Positions 34,244 through 44,421 of a stretch of 64,000 bases of DNA are shown here, in pieces (positions within the stretch are counted from its first letter, which is position 1; the number at the start of each line of letters is the position of its first letter). The notes below the pieces were generated by a model, which had not been told where the DNA came from, searched no databases, and was given only the letters and a program-made list of their open reading frames with translations. The position numbers and the translations under genes were made by a program. The DNA is from Ruminococcus sp. (lineage in GTDB: Bacteria; Bacillota; Clostridia; Oscillospirales; Ruminococcaceae), in NCBI GenBank assembly GCA_017437285.1, contig JAFSBM010000037.1, positions 21,320 to 85,319 of the forward strand, written 5' to 3'.

Positions 34244-36637
34244 CTATTTCAGTTCAGCTATTGTTACACCGTCCTCGCCCTCGCCATAAACTCCCGATCT
34301 GAAAGTTTTTACTGAGGGATGATTTTTAAGCCGCTGTTGAACAGCTTTACGCAATAATCCAGTGCCTTTGCCGTGGATAATGCAGATTGTGGAAATATTA
34401 GACATAACCGCCTGATCAATAAAGCTGTCAAGCTGATATACACCGTCATCACAGGCACATCCTCTGATATCAAGCTCCATTTTCCCTCGGCGTTCAACCT
34501 TAACGCCAACCTTTCCCACATTCCGCTTATTTTTCTTAATAGGGGAATTTCCTACAGTTACCTTTGGCGGTTCTTCAAGACGCAGGCGTGATATATTCAT
34601 CTTGGTTTTCATTACGCCCATCTGAACATATACAAATTCACTTCCGTCGGGGTCGCCTGAAATGATACCCTTTCGCTGGAGGTCGGTAATATATACCGTA
34701 TCTCCCCTTCTCAGCTTTCGTGGCAATACATATCCCTCGTTAGGATTATCATTGTTTACAGGATTTGCAATGTCATACATCTTATTAAAACTCTGCTTGG
34801 ACTTGGATTTCATTCCTGAAACATTTGAACTGAAATCCTTTTTATCCTTTTCCTTGCGGAGTTTTTCAAGTTCATCAATAAGCTCATTTGACTGCACCTT
34901 TGTCTGTTCAATGATAGTCATAGCCTGCATACGTGCCTTTTCAAGCTCGTCAGCCTTATTCTTTTCAATGGCTTCAGCTTCAATACGCAGTTTTTCCTCA
35001 TGCTGAGCCGCTTCCGAACGCAGACGGGCAGCCTCATCTCTTTCCTTTTCAAGCTGTTTTCGAGCAGCTTCAAGCTTGCCGATTACATCTTCAAGGCGGA
35101 TATTATTGTCATTAACAAGAGATTTTGCAGTTGCAATTATATCCGAGGGCATACCGAGGCTTTCAGAAATCGCAAAAGCATTTGATTTTCCGGGAGAGCC
35201 TACAATAAGCCTGTATGTGGGTTTCAAGGTGTCAATATCAAATTCGCAGGACGCATTTTCTACATTTTCCGTATCAATTGCAAATACTTTAAGTTCCTGA
35301 TAATGGGTTGTTACCATTAATTTTGCACCATTGAAAATCAGTCTTTGAATAATCGCAATGGCAAGAGCAGCACCCTCAACAGGGTCGGTTCCCGAACCAA
35401 GTTCATCAAGAAGAACAAGGGAGCTTTCATCAGCGGTATTGAGAATTTCAATTACCTTATTTGTATGAGATGAGAATGTAGAAAGATTCTGCTCAATGCT
35501 CTGACTATCGCCAATATCCACAAGGATATTTTTGAAAACAGACATACTGCTGCCGTCAGAAACTGGAATAAGAAGTCCGCACATAGTCATAGCCGCAAGA
35601 AGTCCCGCAGTTTTAAGGGCAACTGTCTTACCGCCTGTATTCGGACCTGTTATGATAAGTGCCTGATAATCCTCACCAAGGGAAAGGTCAATAGGCACGG
35701 CTTTTTTCATATCAAGGAGGGGATGTCTTGCTTTTCTCAGCAATATTTTGCCGTCGTCCGTGATATTAGGCATAGAACATTTCAGCTTTGCCGCTAAATT
35801 AGCCTTGGCAAAGTACAAATTAAGTTCAGCACAAATCTTGTAATTTTCGCAGAGAATGTCGGCATAATCACCGCAATCAGCACAAAGTTCACGGATAATA
35901 CGCTCGATTTCTTCCTGCTCTTTACCTTGAAGAATACGTATGTCGTTATTCGCCTCAACTACTGCCATAGGCTCAATAAAAATTGTCTGTCCCGTAGCAG
36001 ATGTGTCATGCACAAGACCACTCACCTGTCCCCTGTATTCGGTTTTTACAGGGAGTACAAAACGTCCGTCACGTAAGGTGACATTTGTTTCCTGCAAATA
36101 CTGCTGGGTAGTCTTATTCTTTACGATTTTATCGAGAGTTTCACGTAACTGTAACTCTGCACGATGTATTTTTCGGCGAATTGCAGCCAATTCAGGACTT
36201 GCCGCATCTGAAATCTCAGTTTCAGATATAATTGAACGGTCTAACTTTTCAAGGAGCCAGTCATTGGGAGCAAGTCTTGAAAAGAGATAGTCAAGCTCAG
36301 TTTCTACATTTTCACAAGTGCTGTACCACTTGGCAAGACTGCTTATTTGTCGCAGCATAACTGCAACATCCATAAGGTCACGGAGAGAAATTACCGCACC
36401 AGTTTTTGCACGTTTCGCCGATACAGAAACATCTTTAAAGCTGCTGAACGGCGGTGTTCCGTACTGAATGGACAGTTCAAGAGCCTGATTTGTCTTTGTA
36501 TTCTCTTGCAGTACAACGGCTAAATCGCTGCACGGACGAAGCTCCTTTGCCATACGTCTTGTTTCGTCGTTGGAGGCAAAGGAGGAAAGCATATTCAGAA
36601 TTTTATCAAGTTCAAGTGTTTTAAGATAATTATTCAT
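34244..36637 (-). CDS. mutS2: Endonuclease MutS2
   Basis: Walker A GPNTGGKTV, a coiled-coil region and a C-terminal Smr domain (HGKGTGLLRKAV). ATG at 36637 preferred over the TTG at 36649. Confidence 0.9.
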   Translation of the reverse strand: MNNYLKTLELDKILNMLSSFASNDETRRMAKELRPCSDLAVVLQENTKTNQALELSIQYGTPPFSSFKDVSVSAKRAKTGAVISLRDLMDVAVMLRQISSLAKWYSTCENVETELDYLFSRLAPNDWLLEKLDRSIISETEISDAASPELAAIRRKIHRAELQLRETLDKIVKNKTTQQYLQETNVTLRDGRFVLPVKTEYRGQVSGLVHDTSATGQTIFIEPMAVVEANNDIRILQGKEQEEIERIIRELCADCGDYADILCENYKICAELNLYFAKANLAAKLKCSMPNITDDGKILLRKARHPLLDMKKAVPIDLSLGEDYQALIITGPNTGGKTVALKTAGLLAAMTMCGLLIPVSDGSSMSVFKNILVDIGDSQSIEQNLSTFSSHTNKVIEILNTADESSLVLLDELGSGTDPVEGAALAIAIIQRLIFNGAKLMVTTHYQELKVFAIDTENVENASCEFDIDTLKPTYRLIVGSPGKSNAFAISESLGMPSDIIATAKSLVNDNNIRLEDVIGKLEAARKQLEKERDEAARLRSEAAQHEEKLRIEAEAIEKNKADELEKARMQAMTIIEQTKVQSNELIDELEKLRKEKDKKDFSSNVSGMKSKSKQSFNKMYDIANPVNNDNPNEGYVLPRKLRRGDTVYITDLQRKGIISGDPDGSEFVYVQMGVMKTKMNISRLRLEEPPKVTVGNSPIKKNKRNVGKVGVKVERRGKMELDIRGCACDDGVYQLDSFIDQAVMSNISTICIIHGKGTGLLRKAVQQRLKNHPSVKTFRSGVYGEGEDGVTIAELK

Positions 36638-36638
36638 A

Positions 36639-37382
36639 TTACTTACCAATCAATGATTTATAAAAATCTAAAGTATAAAAATTCCTTTCAAGCTGTGATA
36701 GAATATATAATTCCGAAAATCCCGATAGTCTGCACAGGGATTCATCGGAAAGCCGAAAATTGAACAGTCTGTTAAAATCGGCTAAAACTATATGACGAAT
36801 AGCCGACAATTCTGAAATCGTCAGCTTAAAACTATTTTCATCGCCGTGGGAACATTCCGAGCAGCGAAAACAATAATCCGTCAGGGAAAAATATAATTCC
36901 TGCGGTTCAAAGCAGCCGCAGCTGCGACAACACAAAATATCCGGCATAAAGCCTGTTTCAGCCATAAGTCGCAATTCAAAAACGGATTTCAGCATAGCTT
37001 CACTTCGCTGACCGTTTTCAAGAAAATGCAAAGTATTGAGAAAAAGGCGGAGAACATTTCCGCTATCCGTCAGCGATGCCGTAGAAAATCGTAGTATATC
37101 CGCAAAATAGCTTGCAAGAGATATGGCTGTAAGCGATTTTCGCAATTCATAGAAAATATGTATAGGCTCGGAGCTGTTCAGGTGAAATTTCCCTTTGCTT
37201 TCATTATAGCAGAATTTTGAATAGGCAAAAAGCTGGGTGGAGGAGGAAGATGTACCATTGATTTTCCTCGCTCCCCTTACAGATAACTCTATAAGACCTT
37301 TTTCCTTAGTGAGAACGTCTATAAATTTATCCTGCTCCCCAACTGTGCGTTCTTTTAAAACAATGCCCTCAAGTGTTGTCAT
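36639..37382 (-). CDS. recO: DNA repair protein RecO
   Basis: An OB-fold N-terminus and a Cys4 zinc motif (CRSCGC ... CFRCSEC). Start re-called at MTTLEGIVLK. Confidence 0.85.
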   Translation of the reverse strand: MTTLEGIVLKERTVGEQDKFIDVLTKEKGLIELSVRGARKINGTSSSSTQLFAYSKFCYNESKGKFHLNSSEPIHIFYELRKSLTAISLASYFADILRFSTASLTDSGNVLRLFLNTLHFLENGQRSEAMLKSVFELRLMAETGFMPDILCCRSCGCFEPQELYFSLTDYCFRCSECSHGDENSFKLTISELSAIRHIVLADFNRLFNFRLSDESLCRLSGFSELYILSQLERNFYTLDFYKSLIGK

Positions 37383-37467
37383 ACTTATTTTCCTTTTTAA
37401 CATATGCAAGATAATCGTCGATTTTACCGCTGTCGGCGAATATCTCCCAGAGCTGTTCTGTATTCAT
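37369..37467 (-). CDS. YqzL-like micro-protein (32 aa), absent from the ORF track
   Basis: MNTEQLWEIFADSGKIDDYLAYVKKENKYDNT. A GGGGGAG RBS lies 5 nt upstream. It sits between era and recO as yqzL does in Bacillus, and overlaps the recO start by 14 nt. Confidence 0.6.
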   Translation of the reverse strand: MNTEQLWEIFADSGKIDDYLAYVKKENKYDNT

Positions 37468-37532
37468 TTTACTCTCCCCCGTCCGATAATTTGTTATTAT
37501 TATACGTAGACAGGCAGAGATTATAATTGTTA

Positions 37533-38426
37533 TTATTTGTCAGATAATCCGAAGCTGCGGATAAGTCCTTCACGGTTACGCCAATCTTCCTTGACCTTAA
37601 CCCAGCATTGGAGATTTACCTTGATACGGAAGAAATCCTCCAATTCAATACGTGCGGCGGTAGAGGCTTTTTTGAGCATAGCTCCGCCCTTTCCGATGAT
37701 AATTCCCTTGTGAGAGTCACGCTCACAATAAATTACAGCGGAAATATCAAGTATATCCTTATCCTCACGCTCTGTCATCTGTTCAACTCCTACGGCAATA
37801 CCGTGAGGTACTTCATCTTTGAGAAGTTCCAGAAGCTTTTCACGTATCATTTCCCCAGCAAGCACCTTTTCAGGCTGGTCAGTTATCATATCATCGGGGA
37901 AATAATGTATTGATTCCTCGGCAATACCGATAATTTCATCAATAACGAGGTCAACTCCGTTATTTTCGGTAACGCTTACAGGAATAACTGCCTGAAAATC
38001 AGCCTTGGAGGTGAGGTCAGCTATTGTGAGAGCCAACTCCTCCTTGTTTTTCAGCAGGTCAATTTTATTCAGCACAAGAATAATCGGCATACGTGATTTG
38101 TTAAGGGATTTGAGAAGATTTACTTCTGTTTCGTTAATCTTCTTTGTGCAATCCTGAACAAAAAGTACAGCGTCAATATCGCTTACCGATTCCTTGACTG
38201 TATTCAGCATATGTTCGCTCAGTTTATTGACAGGCTTATGTAAACCGGGTGTATCAAAAAATACAAGCTGTGTATCGCCGATATTGCGTATTCCTGTAAT
38301 CCTTGTACGGGTTGTCTGGGATTTACGGCTTACAGCAGCGATTTTTTCACCGATTATAGCATTGAGCAGGGATGATTTACCTGCATTTGTTCTGCCTGCA
38401 ATTGTTACAAAAGCTGTTTTTGACAT
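37533..38426 (-). CDS. era: GTPase Era
   Basis: G1 GRTNAGKSSL, G3 DTPG, G4 NKID and a C-terminal KH domain. Confidence 0.93.
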   Translation of the reverse strand: MSKTAFVTIAGRTNAGKSSLLNAIIGEKIAAVSRKSQTTRTRITGIRNIGDTQLVFFDTPGLHKPVNKLSEHMLNTVKESVSDIDAVLFVQDCTKKINETEVNLLKSLNKSRMPIILVLNKIDLLKNKEELALTIADLTSKADFQAVIPVSVTENNGVDLVIDEIIGIAEESIHYFPDDMITDQPEKVLAGEMIREKLLELLKDEVPHGIAVGVEQMTEREDKDILDISAVIYCERDSHKGIIIGKGGAMLKKASTAARIELEDFFRIKVNLQCWVKVKEDWRNREGLIRSFGLSDK

Positions 38427-38938
38427 TATTCCTTATCTCCTGTAGTAACAAAAGTAACATCACGTGAAATTCCAAGCTTTTCAAGAACTGATTCTTCCTT
38501 TTCACGCATTATACGCTGGTCAAGCTGTGATGTTTCGTGGTCATAGCCGAGAAGATGAAGCATGGAATGAACTGTAAGGAATCCGATTTCACGCTCTAAG
38601 GAATGTCCGTAATTCTGAGCCTGTTTAACGGCAGTTTCAAGAGAAATTACAACATCGCCAAGCTGAACAGCGTTAGTATCGGGATTGATTTCAGTTGTTC
38701 CGTCCTCACTTGTGAGAGGGAAAGAAAGAACATCTGTAACGCTATCCTTGTTTCTGTATGCCTTATTGAGGTTTCTGATTTCATTATTGCTTACGAATGA
38801 AACTGATACTTCTGCATCATTTGCAAACTTTTCTGTTGCAAGAACAGCCTGACAGCATCTTCTGATAAGAAGTCTGATACCAACAGGAACTTTAACCTCC
38901 GTCTGATTATTTTTTACATATACTTTAAGCTTAGGCAT
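38426..38938 (-). CDS. ybeY: rRNA maturation endoribonuclease YbeY
   Basis: Zinc motif HSMLHLLGYDH. A 1-nt TAATG overlap joins it to era. Confidence 0.9.
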   Translation of the reverse strand: MPKLKVYVKNNQTEVKVPVGIRLLIRRCCQAVLATEKFANDAEVSVSFVSNNEIRNLNKAYRNKDSVTDVLSFPLTSEDGTTEINPDTNAVQLGDVVISLETAVKQAQNYGHSLEREIGFLTVHSMLHLLGYDHETSQLDQRIMREKEESVLEKLGISRDVTFVTTGDKE

Positions 38939-39899
38939 GATTTTTTCTCCCTTCGTTAAATTTTTCGTATGCCTTTATAATATCCTGTACAAGCTTATGA
39001 CGGACAACGTCCTTTTCGGAAAAACGATGAATTCCAATATCGTCAATGCCTTTCAGTATTTTAACTGCTTCCACAAGTCCCGATTTTTTAGGGTCGGGCA
39101 AATCTATCTGGGTAATATCTCCTGTAATTACCATACGGCTTTCATTTCCAAGACGGGTAAGGAACATTTTTATCTGTTCAGATGTTGTATTCTGTGCCTC
39201 GTCAAGAATAATAAATGCCTCGTCAAGAGTTCGTCCTCTCATGTAGGCAAGAGGGGCAACCTCGATTATACCTTTTTCCATATAACGGCTGAAACTTTCT
39301 CCGCCGAACATATCAAACAAAGCGTCATAAAGCGGTCTGAGATAAGGGTCAACCTTATCCTGCATATCTCCCGGCAGAAAACCAAGCTTTTCACCTGCTT
39401 CAACAGCAGGACGGGTGAGAATAATTTTCTTGATTTTATGCTCTCTGAATGCTTTTACAGCCATAGCAACCGCAAGGTACGTTTTACCTGTACCTGCGGG
39501 ACCAATTCCAAGAACAATTGTGTTATTCTTTATTTCATCAATGTAATTTTTTTGTCCGATTGTTCTCGGTCTGATAATCTTACCCGATGAAGTAACACAA
39601 ACTCCGTCTTTTCCAAGGTCCTCCAGCTGCTGTTCAGCACCGTCAGCAACAACAGATGTTACATAACGTATAGTCTGGTCACTTAAAACCTGACCGTTAT
39701 TATTCAGCTTAATCAGGGCATTAACGGATTTTTCAGCATCGGCAACGGCTGTTTCTTCACCGATAATTTTAATTCGTCCGTCCCTGTTGATAATGCTCAC
39801 GTTGTAATTTTTTTCAATGTGATGAATGTTGCTGTCAAGCTGTCCGAACAATGCGGAAAGCTGTGCTTCGTCCTCAATGTGAATGATTTTTTCTGCCAT
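38931..39899 (-). CDS. phoH: PhoH-family ATPase
   Basis: Walker A GPAGTGKTYLA and the PhoH signature ILDEAQN. Confidence 0.9.
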   Translation of the reverse strand: MAEKIIHIEDEAQLSALFGQLDSNIHHIEKNYNVSIINRDGRIKIIGEETAVADAEKSVNALIKLNNNGQVLSDQTIRYVTSVVADGAEQQLEDLGKDGVCVTSSGKIIRPRTIGQKNYIDEIKNNTIVLGIGPAGTGKTYLAVAMAVKAFREHKIKKIILTRPAVEAGEKLGFLPGDMQDKVDPYLRPLYDALFDMFGGESFSRYMEKGIIEVAPLAYMRGRTLDEAFIILDEAQNTTSEQIKMFLTRLGNESRMVITGDITQIDLPDPKKSGLVEAVKILKGIDDIGIHRFSEKDVVRHKLVQDIIKAYEKFNEGRKNHA

Positions 39900-40414
39900 T
39901 AAATAACTCCTTTATGTGCATCCTCAAGGAAACAATTTTCCTTAGCCAAGGCGGCGTTTGAATATCTTCCGTCAGCTGAAACATCTTTCAGTACATTGAT
40001 ACATTCAGGGAAATCTATTTCCTGTGAAACTGAGTCAAGCTCCAGTTCGAGGATAGCAAGCTCTGTGGAAAAAGAATAGATATCCATTTCAAAAAGCTGA
40101 TTATGGTAATCAAAACAGATTCTCTTTTTTATTGTGGGAGGATTATCCTTTTTCTCAGTCAGATATTTATTGTAATCCTGTAATGAAATTTCACATTCTT
40201 CCTCAATCCTTTGTGTAGGGCTGAGAAATTTTTTCTGTGTATATACATATTTTTCGTTACCGTTTTCGGTTATTTTCCTAACTCGTCTTTGCAATTCGGA
40301 ATTATCAGCGTTAAGATAAGTCTGAATTATATCAAGCTCTCTGACAACATTAAGCTTTTTCAGTTCGGGTATTTCAATGAGAAACTTTCGTTCAATTTCC
40401 ATTTTTTTCTGCAT
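39899..40414 (-). CDS. CYTH-domain (triphosphate tunnel) protein
   Basis: The EIERKFLI N-terminal signature of CYTH. Start chosen by spacing from GGAG; 40402 is an alternative. Confidence 0.75.
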   Translation of the reverse strand: MQKKMEIERKFLIEIPELKKLNVVRELDIIQTYLNADNSELQRRVRKITENGNEKYVYTQKKFLSPTQRIEEECEISLQDYNKYLTEKKDNPPTIKKRICFDYHNQLFEMDIYSFSTELAILELELDSVSQEIDFPECINVLKDVSADGRYSNAALAKENCFLEDAHKGVI

Positions 40415-40629
40415 ATACATCTCCACGGTTATATTTCATTCCCTTGTGACAGGGTTTTAATACGGGCAATGTTTCAAAAACAGGATAACATAATTCCGCT
40501 ATTATATTATAGCTGATTTTTTGAATATTGTCAACAAAAAAATAAAGATTTTTCTCCCAAAAAATGATTGATATTAATAGTTTTTTTCAAAAGATACTAT
40601 ATAAGACTTATATCGCATGAGTTTTTTGC

Positions 40630-41409
40630 CTATAAATCATTACCATTTTCCAATGAACCCAAATCTGAAAAAAAGCTTGCTAATACAGGAAAATTAGTAT
40701 TTGTACTGTTGGCATCACCGCTATTCATTGTTATTTTGCCATTTTTCTTATTTTGGATAATAAGTTTCAAGCTGTCATTTGAAATTTCCGCCTGTGAATT
40801 CATTTTTTCAACAGCAATCCTGATAATATCATCAGCATAATTCGTACTGAAATTCTCAGCAAGTCCCACTATAGCCTTGTCATCACGTTCCAAGACAGTC
40901 ATAGTAATTTCTGCACCATTTTTTATCTCATTATAGCCGATCTCCATTCGAACAGCACCTGTCACAGCGGCTCTTCGCATAAAAATAGCAAAGATAAAAT
41001 CAAAAAGTCTTTTAATAATATTAATGTATACAGGTGTTGATTTTTTAAATTCAACAGCAAGCAAATATCCGATTTGCTTGTTGCTTTCCAATGTAAAAGC
41101 TTCAAGATATTCGCACAGCTCAACATTTTCATTTATCAAAGATTTCTGATTAAGGCTGTCATAAAGAATATAATAAATCTCCGTCATTTTCATCATCTGA
41201 GTGCATTGGAGCAGGATACCCTCTGCACAGCGGTTCATAAAAGAAAATGATTCGTCATCGTCTATTTTCAAATTCTTTAATTCATAACACAGAGAGTTTA
41301 TAACCGATAAATTTGACCTGTTCTGACTTTCACAGCCGTCCAGAAATGCTTTAATAATTTGAAAATCGGGATTATCACTCATATTGTTGTTATTATTTTT
41401 ATCAGACAT
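40630..41409 (-). CDS. Hypothetical cytoplasmic protein with a poly-Asn N-terminus
   Basis: 259 aa with a strong RBS (AAGGAGG). No TM segment and no motif recognised. Confidence 0.5.
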   Translation of the reverse strand: MSDKNNNNNMSDNPDFQIIKAFLDGCESQNRSNLSVINSLCYELKNLKIDDDESFSFMNRCAEGILLQCTQMMKMTEIYYILYDSLNQKSLINENVELCEYLEAFTLESNKQIGYLLAVEFKKSTPVYINIIKRLFDFIFAIFMRRAAVTGAVRMEIGYNEIKNGAEITMTVLERDDKAIVGLAENFSTNYADDIIRIAVEKMNSQAEISNDSLKLIIQNKKNGKITMNSGDANSTNTNFPVLASFFSDLGSLENGNDL

Positions 41410-41668
41410 TGTAATACCTCCTTTTTAATAGGACTATGTTAATTTCGGTATTTCTTTGAAATATTAGTATTTTTGTGCAGATTATCAAAATTAGCTGTAT
41501 CAACTGCAATCATATATGGGCATCTCTATATTATATTATACTACATTTTTAAAGAAAATGGAATGGTATTTTAAAAGTAATCTATCGTCACTTTTAACAA
41601 AAATATTTGTTGAATATAGTGCTGAATAACATTTTCCTTACAAATCTGTTAATTTTTTATCGAACCTC

Positions 41669-41697
41669 TTGAAAATTTTCCCAATATAGTGTATAAT
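41669..41697 (+). promoter_or_regulatory. Strong sigma-A promoter of gap
   Basis: TTGAAA, 17 nt with an extended TG, then TATAAT. Confidence 0.6.
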
Positions 41698-41753
41698 ATA
41701 AATATCGCAGTTTAATATAAACTGTAATGTAAAATTTCAGGAGGTAATATCCA

Positions 41754-42791
41754 ATGTCAGTTAAAGTTGCTATTAATGGTTTCGGACGTATCGGTCGTCT
41801 TGCATTCAGACAGATGTTTGGTGCAGAGGGTTATGAGGTAGTTGCAATCAACGACCTTACAAAGCCTTCAATGCTCGCTCAGCTTCTCAAGTATGATACA
41901 GCTCAGGGCGGTTACTGCGGTACAATCGGCGAGAACCTTCACACAGTTGAGGCTAACGACGAAAAGGGTACAATCACAGTTGACGGCAAGACTCTCACAA
42001 TCTATGCAAAGGCTAACGCTGCTGAGCTTCCTTGGGGCGAAAACGGCGTAGACGTTGTTCTTGAGTGTACAGGTTTCTACTGCTCAAAGGACAAGGCACA
42101 GGCTCACATCGATGCCGGTGCTAAGAAGGTTGTTATTTCTGCTCCTGCAGGTAACGATCTCCCCACAATCGTTTACAGCGTTAACGAGAAGACTCTCACA
42201 GCTGATGACAAGATCATCTCTGCTGCTTCTTGCACAACAAACTGCCTCGCTCCTATGGCTAAGGCTCTCAACGACTACGCTCCTATCCAGAGTGGTATCA
42301 TGAGCACAATTCACGCTTACACAGGCGATCAGATGATCCTTGACGGTCCTCACAGAAAGGGTGACCTCAGAAGAGCAAGAGCTGGTGCTGCTAACATCGT
42401 TCCTAACTCAACAGGTGCTGCTAAGGCTATCGGTCTTGTAATTCCTGAGCTTAACGGCAAGCTCATCGGTTCTGCACAGAGAGTTCCTGTTCCTACAGGT
42501 TCTACAACAATCCTTACAGCTGTTGTTAAGGGTGCAGATGTAACTAAGGAAGGCATCAACGCTGCTATGAAGGCTGCTGCTTCTGAGTCCTTCGGTTACA
42601 ACACAGATGAGATCGTTTCTTCTGACGTTATCGGCATGAAGTACGGCTCACTCTTCGATGCTACACAGACAATGGTTTCCAAGATTTCTGACGATCTCTA
42701 TGAGGTTCAGGTTGTTTCTTGGTACGACAACGAGAATTCTTACACATCACAGATGGTAAGAACAATCAAGTACTTTGCAGAACTTGGTTAA
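41754..42791 (+). CDS. gap: Type I glyceraldehyde-3-phosphate dehydrogenase
   Basis: NGFGRIGR, the active site SCTTNCLAP, and strongly biased codon usage. Confidence 0.95.
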   Translation: MSVKVAINGFGRIGRLAFRQMFGAEGYEVVAINDLTKPSMLAQLLKYDTAQGGYCGTIGENLHTVEANDEKGTITVDGKTLTIYAKANAAELPWGENGVDVVLECTGFYCSKDKAQAHIDAGAKKVVISAPAGNDLPTIVYSVNEKTLTADDKIISAASCTTNCLAPMAKALNDYAPIQSGIMSTIHAYTGDQMILDGPHRKGDLRRARAGAANIVPNSTGAAKAIGLVIPELNGKLIGSAQRVPVPTGSTTILTAVVKGADVTKEGINAAMKAAASESFGYNTDEIVSSDVIGMKYGSLFDATQTMVSKISDDLYEVQVVSWYDNENSYTSQMVRTIKYFAELG

Positions 42792-42814
42792 TCGTTAACC
42801 TATTTCAAAAATTC

Positions 42815-42845
42815 AGGGCAGTTCTTTTCGAACTGCCCTTTATTC
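42815..42845 (+). terminator. Rho-independent terminator of gap
   Basis: AGGGCAGTTC-TTTTC-GAACTGCCCT followed by TTTATT. Confidence 0.75.
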
Positions 42846-42868
42846 TATACTTGTGTTTTGAATTGACA

Positions 42869-43234
42869 TTACTCTCCATAGGGAAAATAATGTTCTGCTT
42901 TTGATTGAAACTCCCTTAATAATACTATTTTACCGTTATTGTCAAAATCTGCGATGGTAACTCCGTCGAAACCGTCAATATTACCCTCATAGCTGCATTT
43001 GAAGTACCATTCTGCAATTATGGTTTGTTTATGTTCTATCGTTTGTTTAATTGTCCATTCCAAAACCCTACCCTTGCTATTCCATTCCTCAAACCATTGA
43101 ATAATTTGTGGTAATCCACGATATTCAGGTCCATAACATTCACTATATATAATATTGTCGCTAAATATTTCTTTTACCGTTTTAATATCTACATCTATCC
43201 AAGCCTGAAAATATTTCTGAATAATCTCAGTCAT
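42869..43234 (-). CDS. SnoaL/NTF2-like fold protein
   Basis: 121 aa. The pattern IQKYFQAWIDVD...IYSECYGPEYRG is typical of SnoaL-like proteins. Confidence 0.65.
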   Translation of the reverse strand: MTEIIQKYFQAWIDVDIKTVKEIFSDNIIYSECYGPEYRGLPQIIQWFEEWNSKGRVLEWTIKQTIEHKQTIIAEWYFKCSYEGNIDGFDGVTIADFDNNGKIVLLREFQSKAEHYFPYGE

Positions 43235-43271
43235 AATACACTCCTATAAATTCTTATTTTTCGCTGAGTTG

Positions 43272-43300
43272 ATTATAAAAAGTTTTCCGCATAAAGTCAA
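43272..43300 (-). promoter_or_regulatory. Consensus sigma-A promoter for the SnoaL-like gene
   Basis: Minus strand TTGACT, 17 nt, TATAAT. Confidence 0.55.
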
Positions 43301-43565
43301 TATCATAAGTAATGCAAAGCCGCTTCTGATACAATATCAAAAGCAGCTTTAGTTTTTTATAGCTACCCCGACTCCACCCTCGTATAACAGCTGATATTCG
43401 GTAATAATAAAAACTTGTAAACCATTAAGGTAAATGCACGTGTAACATTGCCGGACATAATAAAAATAAATAGCCTGCCCATTGCCTTAATCGTAAGTAT
43501 TTTTGAAAGTCATTCTCACTTTCGGGAGATAATATCCACTCTGCCATACTACCGCTATTATCGGG

Positions 43566-44018
43566 TTAAATTAATTCAGTAGTCCAGTTCAACTCCTGAA
43601 TTTTCTCGTCAATTTGACGCAATTCCTTAGAAATTACATCAAGCTTTTTCTGATATTCAGATATATCAACGGTGCTTTTAATGAGAATTTCGGTCTTGCT
43701 GTAACGGTCAATTTTTGAACTTGCGTTATTGAGAAACGAACGCATTATATTGACATCTTTCTTCATTCTGTCACGCTTTGAAATAAGCTCTGTAATTGTA
43801 ACACCGTCACATTCTGTTTTGCTGTTTGTAAGATTAATTCTTGTGACAAGATTTTCCAGTTCATCAAGAATTCTGTCCTTTTCAGCTATAAGTTCCACAG
43901 GATTTTCTGCGGGAACATCTCCCTCCTGTACCTTTGCATTGGCATTGAGGCGTATCTGCAATTCATTCAGACGAACTTGCAGACTTGCTCTTTCGGATAA
44001 TGCAGTTGCTAATTTCAT
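43566..44018 (-). CDS. DIP1984-like (septicolysin-like) coiled-coil protein
   Basis: The MKLATALSERASLQVRLNEL N-terminus resembles the DIP1984 family as I recall it; not verified. Confidence 0.55.
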   Translation of the reverse strand: MKLATALSERASLQVRLNELQIRLNANAKVQEGDVPAENPVELIAEKDRILDELENLVTRINLTNSKTECDGVTITELISKRDRMKKDVNIMRSFLNNASSKIDRYSKTEILIKSTVDISEYQKKLDVISKELRQIDEKIQELNWTTELI

Positions 44019-44171
44019 AGTATCACGCTCCTTTAATATGTAATTTTATTATATATTAAGTTTGTGATAGATGTATGATAAAAACAGCTAAAATTTCCAT
44101 TTATATTTTTTTATTTTTGAAATATAATACTATCACGGCATCAATAATTCAACTTTAAGGAGAACAAAACT

Positions 44172-44372
44172 ATGAGCAGCAATTCAAATAACAACAGCGG
44201 TGTAATGACAGAAAAGGGCAGAGAGGCTCTTGAAAGATTTAAGATGGAATCAGCATCTGAGCTTGGCGTAAACCTCAAGCAGGGTTACAATGGCGACCTT
44301 ACTTCACGTGAGGCAGGTTCTATCGGCGGCCGTATGGTTCAGAAGATGATTAACTCTTACAAGATGCAGTAA
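44172..44372 (+). CDS. Alpha/beta-type small acid-soluble spore protein
   Basis: 66 aa with the SASP signatures KMESASELGV and REAGSIGGRMV. Confidence 0.85.
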   Translation: MSSNSNNNSGVMTEKGREALERFKMESASELGVNLKQGYNGDLTSREAGSIGGRMVQKMINSYKMQ

Positions 44373-44390
44373 ATCAGTCTTAAAATATTT

Positions 44391-44418
44391 AAAGGGATGC
44401 CCTCGGACATCCCTTTTT
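44391..44418. terminator. Bidirectional hairpin terminator
   Basis: AAAGGGATG ... CATCCCTTT followed by TT. Confidence 0.7.
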
Positions 44419-44421
44419 ATA

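Noticed and set aside
38937-39590. Long ORFs antisense to real genes: 38937-39590 opposite phoH, 26999-27580 opposite GH16, 20585-21022 opposite aspS, and 63139-63710 opposite the partial lipoprotein gene
   Set aside because: The opposite strand carries strongly supported genes with family motifs. The antisense products are low-complexity and have no RBS.
43425-43547. A 40-aa minus-strand ORF (MAEWILSPESENDFQKYLRL...) in the 330-bp gap between the DIP1984-like and SnoaL-like genes
   Set aside because: The RBS is weak and there is no recognisable motif. It cannot be told apart from chance in AT-rich DNA without comparative data.
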